Part shown: positions 8,260 to 19,323 of the stretch, in pieces | Layout: each line of letters begins with the position of its first letter | Numbering within the stretch: position 1 is the first letter of the stretch | From: a virus | Taxonomy: Duplodnaviria > Caudoviricetes | IMG/VR virus record: IMGVR_UViG_3300035698_029580 | DNA: 64,000 nucleotides | Direction: 5' to 3' (one strand) | Program-made: the position numbers and the translations under genes | The notes under the pieces: generated by a model | Told to the model about the DNA's origin: nothing | Databases searched by the model: none | The model's input: only the letters and a program-made list of their open reading frames with translations

Positions 8260-8349
8260 ATGATTATTTTCCAGCATTATAAAATTTGATTGATATAAGC
8301 AGAGAAAGATGTTAGAATAAAGAACTGAAGAATTTTTATAGGTAGTAAA

Positions 8350-9639
8350 ATGTCAAATGTTGTAGAATATCGAAAATTTATTTGTGTAAATTTTGAAGAT
8401 TCCAACAATAATAAGATTTGGAACATCAAATTATACGATAATGATGATGTTGAAGTTGAATGGGGGAGAGTAGGGAAGGGTCTTCAGTCTAAACCTCATT
8501 ACGGTGGGGGCAGACATAAATTTGACTCTTTAATTAAGAAGAAAACAAATCCTCGTAATTCTGCTGATAAACATTATTCTGAAAATAAAGTAGTAGAAGG
8601 TGTGTCATCTACTTCTTCTTATAATCATGATTTAAAGAAAATTGCAACGGAACAAATTAAAACAAAATCACAAATTGTTATAAATTTGATTGAATATTTA
8701 ACTAAAGTAAATGCACATAATATTTTAGTAGCAACAAATGGAAGTATTGAATTTGATACATCTACTGCTCAATTTAAGACTCCTCAAGGTATTATCGTAC
8801 CCGAACAAGTACAGATAGCAAGGCAATTGCTTGCTGATATGTCTGATTTCGTAAGGATGGAAAACTGGAGTAATCCATCTTTTCGTAAATATATGAATGA
8901 ATATCTAAGACTTATTCCTCATGATGTAGGAATGAAGAAGATTGAGCCAAAGGCAATTATTCCTACTGTAGATGTATTACAACGTGAGAATGATATTTTA
9001 GATGGATTAGAGACCTCATTTATTGATGTTACAACTCAGCCTAAAAATGATAAAGAAGAAGTGGTTGTTCCTAAAATTTTTGATGTAGAAATTGATTTAG
9101 TAGAAGATAAAAAAATCTTTGATAAAATAAATAAGTGGTGTGACAGTAGTAGAAAGAGATCTCACAGTTGTAGTCATTTGAGATTAACTCGCCTTTATTC
9201 TGTTAGAATAAATGGTATGGGAAAACGTTTTGAAGAGATATCTCATAAATTGGGTAATGTTAAAGAACTATTTCATGGGACAAGTGATCAAAATTTACTT
9301 TCAATATTGAAAAATGGATTAAAGATTACTCCTCCCAGGACAGCTAAAATTACCGGAAAAATGTTCGGAAACGGAGCGTATTTTGCTTCGAGTAGCTCAA
9401 AAAGCTTAAATTATAGTTATGGTTATTGGGGTGGAACCAGAAAGAATAAGTGCTATATGTTTGTTGCGTCCGTGTGTTTGGGGAAATATTATGTTCCTAA
9501 TAGTGGATGGGGTTCTTTGCCTAGATCTGGTTATGACTCTACTTGGGCAAAGTCTGGTATTTCTGGTGTTATTAATGATGAGATTGTTATTTATAAAGAG
9601 AACCAATGTAACTTAACATATTTGTTGGAGTTTAATTGA
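8350..9639 (+). CDS. poly(ADP-ribose) polymerase-like protein (WGR + helical + catalytic domain)
   Basis: EWGRVG; EYLRLIPH; catalytic FHGT, GKMFGNGAYFA, NDEIVIY (H-Y-E triad). Confidence 0.92.
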   Translation: MSNVVEYRKFICVNFEDSNNNKIWNIKLYDNDDVEVEWGRVGKGLQSKPHYGGGRHKFDSLIKKKTNPRNSADKHYSENKVVEGVSSTSSYNHDLKKIATEQIKTKSQIVINLIEYLTKVNAHNILVATNGSIEFDTSTAQFKTPQGIIVPEQVQIARQLLADMSDFVRMENWSNPSFRKYMNEYLRLIPHDVGMKKIEPKAIIPTVDVLQRENDILDGLETSFIDVTTQPKNDKEEVVVPKIFDVEIDLVEDKKIFDKINKWCDSSRKRSHSCSHLRLTRLYSVRINGMGKRFEEISHKLGNVKELFHGTSDQNLLSILKNGLKITPPRTAKITGKMFGNGAYFASSSSKSLNYSYGYWGGTRKNKCYMFVASVCLGKYYVPNSGWGSLPRSGYDSTWAKSGISGVINDEIVIYKENQCNLTYLLEFN

Positions 9640-9650
9640 AGGAATAATTT

Positions 9651-9794
9651 ATGAAATTTCGTGGATTTTTATATTGGTTAGCAAAGATACTTGGTGATAT
9701 AAATGCCGTTAAAAAAGGCAAAGTAGGTAGACGAGTAGGAAGAAGAATTGCTGGAAAAGTAACAGGCAGATTTTTAGGAAAATTATTTAAATAA
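9651..9794 (+). CDS. 47-aa highly cationic small protein (not in ORF track)
   Basis: AAGGA RBS; MKFRGFLYWLAKILGDINAVKKGKVGRRVGRRIAGKVTGRFLGKLFK. Confidence 0.7.
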   Translation: MKFRGFLYWLAKILGDINAVKKGKVGRRVGRRIAGKVTGRFLGKLFK

Positions 9795-9804
9795 GGATTA
9801 AATC

Positions 9805-10212
9805 ATGTTTTCTATGGATGCTTTATCACAGGCTGTTTTTGAATATGTATATTTATTTGTAGAACAGAAAAGAATATTTTCTTTTTATGATATAGTAAAA
9901 GGTTTAGGTAAGGAAACAGAAGGATTACATTTTCCAGATGATGACAAAAGATGTAATTTTTTTCATAAGTTATTTAAGTTTTCTAATCCTCCACAATCTC
10001 CCTTATTTTTAAGACAACAATTAGAAGAAATAATAAATAGTTGTGAAATTTATTTTAAGCAGAACGGTTATACAAAAACCCTATTAAAAACCAATTTAAA
10101 AAATATAAAAAAGTATTTTATTTTATATGATAAGCCTGTCATTTGGGTATATTATCCTACTGACAAAAATTCAGAAGATTATGAATTTGCAGAAAAGAAG
10201 TCTAATTCTTGA
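9805..10212 (+). CDS. hypothetical protein, homologous to N-terminus of 13081..13686
   Basis: FSFYDIVK/FTAFDLTK and GYTKTL shared. Confidence 0.7.
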   Translation: MFSMDALSQAVFEYVYLFVEQKRIFSFYDIVKGLGKETEGLHFPDDDKRCNFFHKLFKFSNPPQSPLFLRQQLEEIINSCEIYFKQNGYTKTLLKTNLKNIKKYFILYDKPVIWVYYPTDKNSEDYEFAEKKSNS

Positions 10213-10366
10213 AATATTGAGTCATTTTAAAATTTTTCAGCATTATATAATTGCTGTTATATAAGGCAGAGGATTAAGGTTGGATTATTTTCCAGCATTA
10301 TATGGTAGAGTAGTATAGTATGTATTTTTTAATGTTTTTTGAACTATTTCAGAAAGGACAAGTGTC

Positions 10367-11794
10367 ATGAATTCAAGGACGAAGAAACTAAATGTTAGAA
10401 GAAAATGTCAAAAGAAGGTTGCAAAGGCAAAGGCAAAGAAGAAAGCTGTAAGGGCAAAGAAGAAAGCCTTGACATATACTGTTTCTGAGGCAAGGAACAA
10501 GTCTAAGACAAATATTGTTCTAGACAAAAGACAGAAAATGCTATTAAGAAGTATTGAACGTGCTGCTTGTCGCGGTTCTATTCAAAAATATCCTACTCCC
10601 TTGGATTATTGTAGAAAAATAATGGGAAAAATAAGTGAAGGGGGATGGGTAGGAGATGATGAGAAAATTTTATTCTGTTATGAAACAGATACTTATAAAA
10701 AGATATTTTGTGAAAAAACGTTCCATAGGGGAACGAGCAAAAAAGCTTTGCAGGGTAAGATTTTGGTTTTGTTTAATCCAGAGTTTGCCTTTGTTCTTAC
10801 TGAGGAATTAGAAATAGATCCTAAAAATATTACTTTTGTTTCCGATTCAAGAGAGAGAATTGGAATAGCAAAGAAGATGGGTGTAAATTGTGTACATATG
10901 CAAAAGAAAGATTTGGTACAAAAAGTCAAAGAGGGAGATTATATTTTGAAAAAGAAATTTAAATTTATTTTTGGTAATTTTCCTTTTCAAGCGGAACAAC
11001 CAAGAAAAGAGGGAAGAGGGAAGAGTGGAACTTCATTATGGGATAAAATTCTTATTTCATCTTTAATGTCCTTAGAAGAAGATGGTTATCTTGGTGTTAT
11101 TCATCCTAGTCGATGGAGAAAACCAAAAAATAAACTTTGGAGCATTATGAAAGATAGACAGATTCATTATCTTGAAATTCATAATGTTGAAGATGGACTA
11201 AAAGCATTTGGAGCACAAACAAGATATGATTTATATCTTTTACAGAATTGTGCTAATACTAAAGATACTACTATTGTAGACGAAAAAGGCAATGTATCAA
11301 ATGTTAATATAAAAGATTTACCCTTTCTTCCTAATGCAGAAATTGATAAAATATTATCTTTAGTAGCAAAACCAGGAGAAGAAAAAGTAAATTTGTTACA
11401 TAGTTGGACGGAATATGAAACTCGTAAATCTCATATGTCTAAAGAAAAAACGAAAAAATATAAATATCCTTGTGTGTATATGATTGACAAAGATGGTGAA
11501 GTTACCTATTGTTACTCATCAATTAAATATGGTCATTTTGGAATTCCTAAAATGATTTTTCCCAGTGGAGATATGAGAAGTATTGATTATTTGATTGATA
11601 GCAAGGGAGAATATGGATTGACACAATATGCCAAAGGTATTGTTGATACTCCTAAGAATTTACCTTTGATTTATAAGGCAATGTCATCTCCCGAGTTTAA
11701 AAAATTAGCAAAATATTTCTGTATGTCATCCACAGAAATAGATAAAGATATTATTAAATATTTCAGGAAAGATTTTTGGAAAGAATTTGTTTAA
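10367..11794 (+). CDS. Eco57I-type DNA adenine methyltransferase-like protein (motif IV + TRD)
   Basis: FIFGNFPFQ, LW..I, GYLGVIHPSRW; basic N-terminus; motif I degenerate. Confidence 0.75.
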   Translation: MNSRTKKLNVRRKCQKKVAKAKAKKKAVRAKKKALTYTVSEARNKSKTNIVLDKRQKMLLRSIERAACRGSIQKYPTPLDYCRKIMGKISEGGWVGDDEKILFCYETDTYKKIFCEKTFHRGTSKKALQGKILVLFNPEFAFVLTEELEIDPKNITFVSDSRERIGIAKKMGVNCVHMQKKDLVQKVKEGDYILKKKFKFIFGNFPFQAEQPRKEGRGKSGTSLWDKILISSLMSLEEDGYLGVIHPSRWRKPKNKLWSIMKDRQIHYLEIHNVEDGLKAFGAQTRYDLYLLQNCANTKDTTIVDEKGNVSNVNIKDLPFLPNAEIDKILSLVAKPGEEKVNLLHSWTEYETRKSHMSKEKTKKYKYPCVYMIDKDGEVTYCYSSIKYGHFGIPKMIFPSGDMRSIDYLIDSKGEYGLTQYAKGIVDTPKNLPLIYKAMSSPEFKKLAKYFCMSSTEIDKDIIKYFRKDFWKEFV

Positions 11795-11865
11795 TATTTA
11801 TTTGCAGATGGAAACCGATAATCCTCTAATGATGAGGGTTATCGGTTTTATAGGAGTGAGGTGAT

Positions 11866-12468
11866 ATGAGCATAAAAAGAGAAAGAAGAAAAGAAAAAGA
11901 AAGAAGAAAATCGGAGAGAAGAGAAGTATATAGGAGAAATGAAGACAGAAGAGAAGCAAGGAAAAAACGAACAGCAGAAATTTTTACTCCCAACTATTTA
12001 GTTAATAGGGTATTTGATTCGGCTCCTGATGATGTATGGGAAGAAGGTGAACTATTTTTAGATCCTGCATGTGGAAATGGTCAATTTCTTGTGCTTGCAT
12101 TAATTAGAAAAATTGGAAAAGGACATGAACCACTTGAAGCATTAAGAACAATTCATGGTTGTGATATCATGAAAGATAACATTAGAGAATGTCGTCTAAG
12201 ATTACTAAAACAAATTAGTGTAGTCGAGACTATAACGGAAGACCATATAAAAGCAGTTTTCAGGAATATTGTATTTCTTAATCGTCAACGATATCCAAAG
12301 GGTGTTTTAAATTATGATTTTTCATTTAAGACAAGATATAATTTACAGAATGTAGCAGAGTGGTTAAGAAAAGTATCGGAAGATGATATGCTTGATGAAG
12401 TTGACTTACTTGTTTTGCCTGAAGATGCACCATCCAATAGAATAGATATGTTTGAAGAACCTGATTAA
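11866..12468 (+). CDS. N6-adenine methyltransferase SAM-binding domain protein
   Basis: EIFTP, FLDPACGNGQFL, IHGCDI; no NPPY seen. Confidence 0.8.
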   Translation: MSIKRERRKEKERRKSERREVYRRNEDRREARKKRTAEIFTPNYLVNRVFDSAPDDVWEEGELFLDPACGNGQFLVLALIRKIGKGHEPLEALRTIHGCDIMKDNIRECRLRLLKQISVVETITEDHIKAVFRNIVFLNRQRYPKGVLNYDFSFKTRYNLQNVAEWLRKVSEDDMLDEVDLLVLPEDAPSNRIDMFEEPD

Positions 12469-12584
12469 AATGTAAGAAATAACGATCGTTGTTTCTGACA
12501 TTTTCCAGCATTATATTTATTAGCAGTATAGGGTAGAAATTTAAGGTTGAATTGTTTTTCATCATTATAGGATTAAAGCAAGAA

Positions 12585-12977
12585 ATGGTTATTGAAAAAT
12601 ATATTTGTGATGGTTGTAAAAAGTCTTATTCTAGAAAAGAAATTCCTTTTAAATGGATAAAAATTAAATTGACTTATTATGATGAATTTGATAAAGAGAA
12701 AAATTTATACTATCATTTTTGTGAAAATTGCAAAACAAAATTCAAGAAATATATACCTTTGTTAAAATTTAGAAAACCAATTAAAGAAAAAATTAAAAAA
12801 ACCATCAAAGAAAAAAAAGAATGGAAAAACAAATTATTAGATATGGAAAAAGAATCTATTATATTTGCATTAAAAAAGATGAGAGGCAATAGACAGGATG
12901 CTATCAAAGAATTAGGAATGCCAGAAAGAACATTTTTTAGAAAAATGAAAAAATATGATTTATATGATGTTGTTTAA
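12585..12977 (+). CDS. zinc-finger + Fis-type HTH protein
   Basis: CDGC..FCENC; EKESIIFALKKMRGNRQDAIKELGMPERTFFRKMKKY. Confidence 0.8.
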   Translation: MVIEKYICDGCKKSYSRKEIPFKWIKIKLTYYDEFDKEKNLYYHFCENCKTKFKKYIPLLKFRKPIKEKIKKTIKEKKEWKNKLLDMEKESIIFALKKMRGNRQDAIKELGMPERTFFRKMKKYDLYDVV

Positions 12978-13080
12978 AAACTCTTAGAATTTTCCATCAT
13001 TATAAAAAATGGTATAATAGGTTAGAAAGACAGTTATAAACTATCGGAGAAAACTAGGTAATTTTTGAAAGGACCAAGAA

Positions 13081-13686
13081 ATGATTTCTGATGCTCTAAA
13101 AAAACTTATTGAAAAACAAGTCAACGAGAATATTGATAACTATATTATGTTTACTGCTTTTGATTTGACTAAGACATTGAGAACATTGGTTAATAACATT
13201 AGTGATGGTGCAGGAGAATTTATTGGTCATAGAGATGTTAGACAATTTCTTAATGACAATTCTTTTATGTATGAGAATATGGGGTATACCAAAACTCTTG
13301 TTACTTTGGATGTAGAGAATAAGCCTGAAGCATTTGTTTATCATGATGTACATCTTGATGCACAACATTATCATTTAGCATTGAAGGATAAAAATGATGA
13401 TGATATTTCTTTTGGTAAACTTAAATTAACAGAAAAAGGTAGACTAAATATTAGTCCTTCTATTTTAAAAAAAGCAGGTTTTACAGGAATAGGAATAGTT
13501 TGTGTTAATGGTGAACATGGGAAAATTACTATAAACAGAACATCTTTGTCTGACTCATTGCTTCTATCTATAAATAAGGATGGAAGAGTACGCTTGAGTC
13601 GAAATTTTTTAAATAAATTTGGAATTACAGGAAATAGTTTTTCCATAGAGGTCGAAAATGATAGTATAGTAATAAGTGAAGAGTAA
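13081..13686 (+). CDS. protein with C-terminal AbrB/MraZ-like repeats
   Basis: LTEKGRLNIS and INKDGRVRLS repeats. Confidence 0.6.
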   Translation: MISDALKKLIEKQVNENIDNYIMFTAFDLTKTLRTLVNNISDGAGEFIGHRDVRQFLNDNSFMYENMGYTKTLVTLDVENKPEAFVYHDVHLDAQHYHLALKDKNDDDISFGKLKLTEKGRLNISPSILKKAGFTGIGIVCVNGEHGKITINRTSLSDSLLLSINKDGRVRLSRNFLNKFGITGNSFSIEVENDSIVISEE

Positions 13687-13698
13687 GGCAGATATATT

Positions 13699-13953
13699 AT
13701 GATTAAATTCAGTTGTAGTGGGTGTGGTGAGCATTTTGCAGTAGAAGATGATAAGGCGGGCAAGAGAGGCAAATGTTTATGTGGAAATATAATTGATATT
13801 CCTAACATAACGTCTGGTTTTTTAGGGGGTATAATGTCTGATCTCATAGAAAACATAAAGTCTGATATTATGGACGATCTCTCCTCTAAAGAGGGAAGGA
13901 AAGTTAGTCCTGAAGATGTTAATATTAATTTTAAATTTGAATCTTCATACTAG
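13699..13953 (+). CDS. zinc-ribbon protein (Planctomycete-type MIKFSC..CG..F.V.D...GK.GKC.CG)
   Basis: N-terminal zinc ribbon. Confidence 0.7.
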   Translation: MIKFSCSGCGEHFAVEDDKAGKRGKCLCGNIIDIPNITSGFLGGIMSDLIENIKSDIMDDLSSKEGRKVSPEDVNINFKFESSY

Positions 13954-13968
13954 AAATTGAAGTAAATT

Positions 13969-14571
13969 ATGATTAAATTCAGTTGTAGTAAGTGTGGCAA
14001 GCAGTTTTCAGTAGAAGACGAGAGGGGAGGAAAGAAAGGCAAATGTGTATGTGGAAATGTAATCAATATTCCTGATGTGGCATCTGATGTACTACAAGAC
14101 ATAGTAGAAGATGTTTTGAAAAATACCCCCGACGATGAACCACAACTTACAGAAGCAAAACAACCATCTACTCCACCGATTATTATTAATTTAACTCAAA
14201 AACAAGAGCCGTATATTGCACCAAAAAGCAGAGGCTTTTCGTTCCTGAGTGATAAATTCAAGCCTTACTTTAATTTTGATAAAATGTATTCCTATGATGT
14301 TCTTCAATCTTTATATAGAGGATTACTAGTTTTAGGTATCTTAGGGTATTTAATGGCAACTCTTAATTGTATTGGAGATATTATATGGAGAGACCCGGAG
14401 GGAACGAATAGTTCTTATTTGATAATTTTACTCCCTATAGTATATATAATCTATTTTATAATTCTCAGGTTACTTTTTGAGAGACTAATTTTAATCTTTC
14501 AAATAAGTAGAAACCTTACAGAAGTCAATGATAAGATGTGTGTTTTAATCAAAAGAAAGAATAAATTATGA
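13969..14571 (+). CDS. zinc-ribbon + DUF4282-like membrane protein
   Basis: Same zinc ribbon; FNFDKM..., RLLFERLILIFQISRNL with two TM helices. Confidence 0.7.
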   Translation: MIKFSCSKCGKQFSVEDERGGKKGKCVCGNVINIPDVASDVLQDIVEDVLKNTPDDEPQLTEAKQPSTPPIIINLTQKQEPYIAPKSRGFSFLSDKFKPYFNFDKMYSYDVLQSLYRGLLVLGILGYLMATLNCIGDIIWRDPEGTNSSYLIILLPIVYIIYFIILRLLFERLILIFQISRNLTEVNDKMCVLIKRKNKL

Positions 14572-17083
14572 CTTGTGAAAAATGTAATGAATTAGAAGAG
14601 AGAAATAAAGAACTTCAAAGACTGATAGAAGAACAAATTGTTCATAATCAAGTTCTTAGTAGTCAAAAATGTTCTAATGGAAACAAAGTGCGTTGTTATC
14701 CTGTTGTTTTTTGTTCTTTATGTTCGTTTAAAAAGGACATAGATTTTCATCCAGTAGAAGAAATAAATAGATTGAGAAAAATAATTATAGATAGTGGCAA
14801 TAGCTGTGAACTAACGATGAAAGATCAGATAAATGATATGGCCAAAGAGAAAACTAATAATGGAAAAAATTAAATGTGCAGCAATTATGGGTTGTGATGG
14901 TAGAATATTTCAAGCACGTAATCATTCTGAATGTTTCAAACTTTTACAGAATGCAGGAATTACTCATATAGGAGCAATGCAAGGATTTGTTACTGAGGGA
15001 GATGAAAGATTTGTCAAAAGAGATGAAGCCTTTATTATTGCTAAAAATGCTAATCAGATAACTCAAGAGGGGCTTAAAAAGAAAACACTATTTTCTGAAT
15101 TCTTAAAAGGATATAATAAATTATGACAGAGAGAATTAAAAAATGAATGATAAATTATTAGAAAAATTAAAAAAGTATGCTGAATTAGCAGATAGCGATG
15201 GTGTTTCTGATGAGGCTCAAACCGTAAGAGAGGCTATTGAAATATTAGAAGAAAATAGAGTACTTTGGCAATGGAATAATGATTTAATGTCAGGGATGTA
15301 TGTTAATTGTGTTTATTGTGGACATAGATATGGACCCGTAGAAAATACCCCTACAAGCATGGCAGATATTTTAAAAGAGCATATTGAAAAATGTTCTAAA
15401 CATCCTATGTCAAAGTTGAAGGCAATTGTAGACAGATTGAGGAATGCTGAATTAACTCAAAGAGCATTGAATATGAAAGATGATATTGTTTTATTAAATG
15501 GAGAACCTGTAGGAGAACAAATTTATAGTCTTCCAATTCAGTTTGATAAGTTTTGGGATGCTATAAAAAATAAAATTTTGGGAAAAGATGATGAATAATG
15601 AAATAGAATCTCTTGAAAAAGAAATAGAATCTCTTAAAAAGCATAAACGTAGATTGAATGATATGTTACCATTATTTCAAGAAGCCAGAGACGCTATAAC
15701 AGCAATTAGTTATAGTACAGCAAAACTTCGTGGTTTAAGTCTAGACTTAGATAAACGTATGGATAGAGTAGGTATTTTGGAAGAATGGGAAGAGATGGAT
15801 AAAGAAAGAGAGAATAGATGTATGATATCTTCATATTCAATGAGAATTAGCACATATGAAGGGTCTGATAGGATAGTAATTGAACCATTAAAAGAGGAAC
15901 GTTTTACCCATCATGATGGTATGACTACTTTGTTTGAGAATATAAAACCTGAAGAAATTGTTATTACCCAAGAAGCATTAAATTATTTGTTAAATGTCGG
16001 GCAGGAGAGAAAAGGAGAATTACAATTTTTACCCAATAACACCATTAAATGGGTAAGAAGAATGATGGTGCCTATTCATCTTATTAATTGTACACCAGAA
16101 GCAAAAATATGGATAAAAAAATGTCATGTGGAGGATAGTAGGTAATGGTATCATTTAATGAACATCATCCCAAAGAAGTTATACAACAATTGGAAGAAGA
16201 AAACACTTTTCTGAAAGATGTTATAGCGGAAGTTTTTTGTTTTGATTATACTATGAAATATGAGGGCTGTGAGACTCTTGGATTTGAGATGTCTCCTTTA
16301 ACAGATAAATCTCGTGCAACAATTATAAGTGTGTTACTTGAATATCATATAAAAAAAAGAATAAGTGATGATAGAACCACGATTTGACAGAGTGTCTGTA
16401 CAGAAGTTATATAAACAAAAATGTCAGCTAATGGATGAGATAAAAATACTTCATAATTTGTGTAAAGAAGCTGCTCATTTTTATGATTTATTGTCGTTGG
16501 GTTCATTGGAACATGCTGCTATGTATGGACCAGATGCAAGACAACCTAATGATGAAGATTGTCTTGCCATGAGACAAAAATTAGAAGATGCCCAAAGGTT
16601 AGAAAAGTGCCTTAATTGTGGTAGGAAATTAACACCAGACGACTCACCTGATACTTGTATGGAATGCATTGTCTATTTAGAACAATTACAAGAATATCAA
16701 TCCAAAGAACAACATCGAGTTACTAAGGATATGGCAACTGATGCAGGAGATCCAGACTTAGAAGGAGAATTAATTTAATGATTTTAGAAAGTAAATTTAA
16801 TATTGGAGATATTGTTTGGTGTATTGTTGGAACACCTAACGGAGGAAACGCTGTGGAAGGACCATATTCTATAGGTATGGTACAAATTGAAATAGTAGAT
16901 AGTCCTGGTATGCCAGGAGAAGAACTTTTTAATAATTACAAATCTCAAAAAAAAAGAAAAGAAAACTATATGTTTGTTGAGACAGGAATAGGTTCTGGTA
17001 AAGTTTATGATGTAAAACAAATACATTTGACCGAAGAAGATGCATTTGAAGATATGGATAAAATTGATATAGGTAAATTATGA
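14568..17083 (+). other. operon of translationally coupled hypothetical genes (14568, 14833/14860, 15143, 15588, 16145, 16365, 16778)
   Basis: Abutting or overlapping + strand ORFs. Confidence 0.7.
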
Positions 17084-17319
17084 GTGATTCTTTAATAGAA
17101 AAATTAAAACATTGTGCTAATTTAGCAGAAAAAGAAGATCGTCCAGAAGATGCTAAAGCTTTTAGAGATGCTATTGATAGCATTGAGTTTCTATTATATA
17201 CAATAACTAAAATGCAGGAAGTAGATAAGAATCCATTTTGAGTAAAATTTAAGAGGTAGTAAAGGAAAAAATAAGTAGTAGAATAAAAATTAACATTTCA
17301 ATTGGATGGGAGAATCCGA

Positions 17320-17784
17320 ATGAACAGTACAATAAACAATAAATCTATTACATCATTTAGAGGAGAATATGATTTCTTGTCTAATTTTTATGAGTCTCAT
17401 TTTTTCTTTGATGGGAAAGTGTGGCATACCGTTGAACATGCTTTTCAAGCCATGAAAACATTATTACCTTCTCGAAGAGAAAAGATAAGACAAGCCAAAA
17501 GTCCAATTATAGCTAAACGTATGGGCAGAGAAAGTTCAATCAGACCTGATTGGGATAGTATTAAGATAGATGTAATGAAAGTTTTAGTTCTATTAAAATT
17601 TTGTTCAAATAAAGATTTGATGAATAAATTATTAGATACCGGAGATGCAGAATTAATAGAAGAAAATACTTGGGGAGATAAATTTTGGGGAATGTGCGAT
17701 GATGAAGGTATGAATTGCCTGGGAAAAATCTTAATGGAAGTCAGAGGAAGATTGAAAAAAATAACCAGAGAATTAAATGTGTAA
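17320..17784 (+). CDS. NADAR (YbiA-like) family protein
   Basis: FLSNFY, TVEHAFQAMK, AKRMGR, LLDTGDAELIE.NTWGDKFWG, N.LGKILMEVR. Confidence 0.92.
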   Translation: MNSTINNKSITSFRGEYDFLSNFYESHFFFDGKVWHTVEHAFQAMKTLLPSRREKIRQAKSPIIAKRMGRESSIRPDWDSIKIDVMKVLVLLKFCSNKDLMNKLLDTGDAELIEENTWGDKFWGMCDDEGMNCLGKILMEVRGRLKKITRELNV

Positions 17785-17804
17785 TTTTAATTAAGGTTTT
17801 ATGT

Positions 17805-18278
17805 ATGATAATTTTATTAGATAATTTAATACCTATTGTAAAGATTTTAAAAGCCCAGGGAGAGAAAATAGTATTTACAAATGGATGTTTTGATATTCTT
17901 CATGCTGGTCATGTTAGAATGCTCAGAGAAGCAAAGAGATATGGGAATATCCTTATAATTGGAATTAATAGCGATAATTCTGTAACAAAATTAAAAGGGG
18001 AAGAAAGACCCATAAATTGTTTTTATAATAGAGCATTCCTTTTGTCAGAACTAAAATCTGTTGATTTTGTAGCAGAATTTGAAGAGGATACCCCCTTTAA
18101 TATAATTTCTAAAATCGTTCCTCATATTTTAATTAAGGGAGAAGATTATAGAAATAAAAAAGTTGTAGGAAGAGAAACCGTGGAAGAAAATGGTGGAAAA
18201 GTTGTTTTATTACCTTTATTTCATAGTCTTTCTACTAGTAAAATTGTGGGAAAAATAAAAAAAGACACAATTACATAA
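17805..18278 (+). CDS. rfaE2: heptose-1-phosphate adenylyltransferase (RfaE domain II) / cytidylyltransferase
   Basis: VFTNGCFDILHAGH, GINSDNSV..LKG..RP, FEEDTP, KGEDY, STSKI. Confidence 0.9.
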   Translation: MIILLDNLIPIVKILKAQGEKIVFTNGCFDILHAGHVRMLREAKRYGNILIIGINSDNSVTKLKGEERPINCFYNRAFLLSELKSVDFVAEFEEDTPFNIISKIVPHILIKGEDYRNKKVVGRETVEENGGKVVLLPLFHSLSTSKIVGKIKKDTIT

Positions 18279-18605
18279 GTGTTTATTATATAAAGGCTTA
18301 TGAAAATATTGATTATTTTTGCTTTTTTAAGGAATTTGTGCTATAATTAAGAGGAAGTTGAAGTCATACTAATATGTGAGAAGTACAATGTTTGAAATAA
18401 TATTAATTTGGGTATTCGTGTGGATAGTTGGAGCAAGAATACTAACTGACTTACTATTAAAAAGTGGGTTGATAGAAAAATATATAATTTTACCTCATAA
18501 ACAAAAAACATTATTAATTAGTGTATTTTTATTGATTATGTTTGTTCCCTTAGTTCTTTATGAATGTGTTACAGAATTGCTGTCAGTTGACTAACTATTT
18601 TTTAA

Positions 18606-18633
18606 GTGCCCGTCTCGGAGACGTGGTGGAAAC
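18606..18633 (+). repeat. solitary CRISPR-repeat-like hairpin upstream of cas6
   Basis: GTGCCCGTCTCGGAGACGTGGTGGAAAC: CGTCT/AGACG hairpin and 3' GAAAC. Confidence 0.35.
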
Positions 18634-18668
18634 CTCTAACGGAGTAGATGTAATAATGGAGAAAACTG

Positions 18669-19316
18669 ATGTACTTGGATGTGTGTTTCAAATTACAGGC
18701 TGATTTTATTGCACTAAATCATAATTATCAATTATGGGAGGCTCTTGCTGAAAAGTTTGCTTTTCTCAGATATGATGAAGGTAAAACAATTGGTATTGAC
18801 TCTATCAATGGAAAAGCAATAAAATCAGGGAATGGCAGTGGAAATGGAGTAGATACTTTGGAAATTACTTCTCGTTCTATCTTGAGAATAAGGACTCCTA
18901 TTCAACATGTTAATCCTTTTCTTGAAATGTGTGATACTCAATTCCAAATTGATGATGATTTGCTTGAGATTTATAATCCTCACGTATATCCACTTAATCC
19001 TTCCTGGGCACTATGGGGTCGTATGATAGCTTATAGAGGCATAATGGACCCAGAAGGTGTATTAGAGGCAGTGAGAATGGAACTAAATAATATGGGGATT
19101 TCTTCAGATGTTCAGTTGAAGATACCTACTTATGAAGATTCAGGTGCTCCTAAATTGAGCTTTCTGATGATACAAGATAAGAAGATAGTAGGTTTTCCCA
19201 TGTATATTTATGAATTAAATAATGAAGATTCTATGAAGGTTCAAACTCATGGAGTCGGTGATTTTCATCACTTAGGTTGCGGAATATTTTTGCCAGAAGT
19301 AAAAAAAATTAGTTAG
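18669..19316 (+). CDS. cas6: stand-alone Cas6 (Cmx6/I-MYXAN-like) endoribonuclease homolog
   Basis: LDVCFKL...NHNYQLWEAL, S.LRIRTP, L..EDSMKVQ..GVG....LGCGIFLP glycine-rich C-terminal loop. Confidence 0.85.
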   Translation: MYLDVCFKLQADFIALNHNYQLWEALAEKFAFLRYDEGKTIGIDSINGKAIKSGNGSGNGVDTLEITSRSILRIRTPIQHVNPFLEMCDTQFQIDDDLLEIYNPHVYPLNPSWALWGRMIAYRGIMDPEGVLEAVRMELNNMGISSDVQLKIPTYEDSGAPKLSFLMIQDKKIVGFPMYIYELNNEDSMKVQTHGVGDFHHLGCGIFLPEVKKIS

Positions 19317-19323
19317 GAATAAA

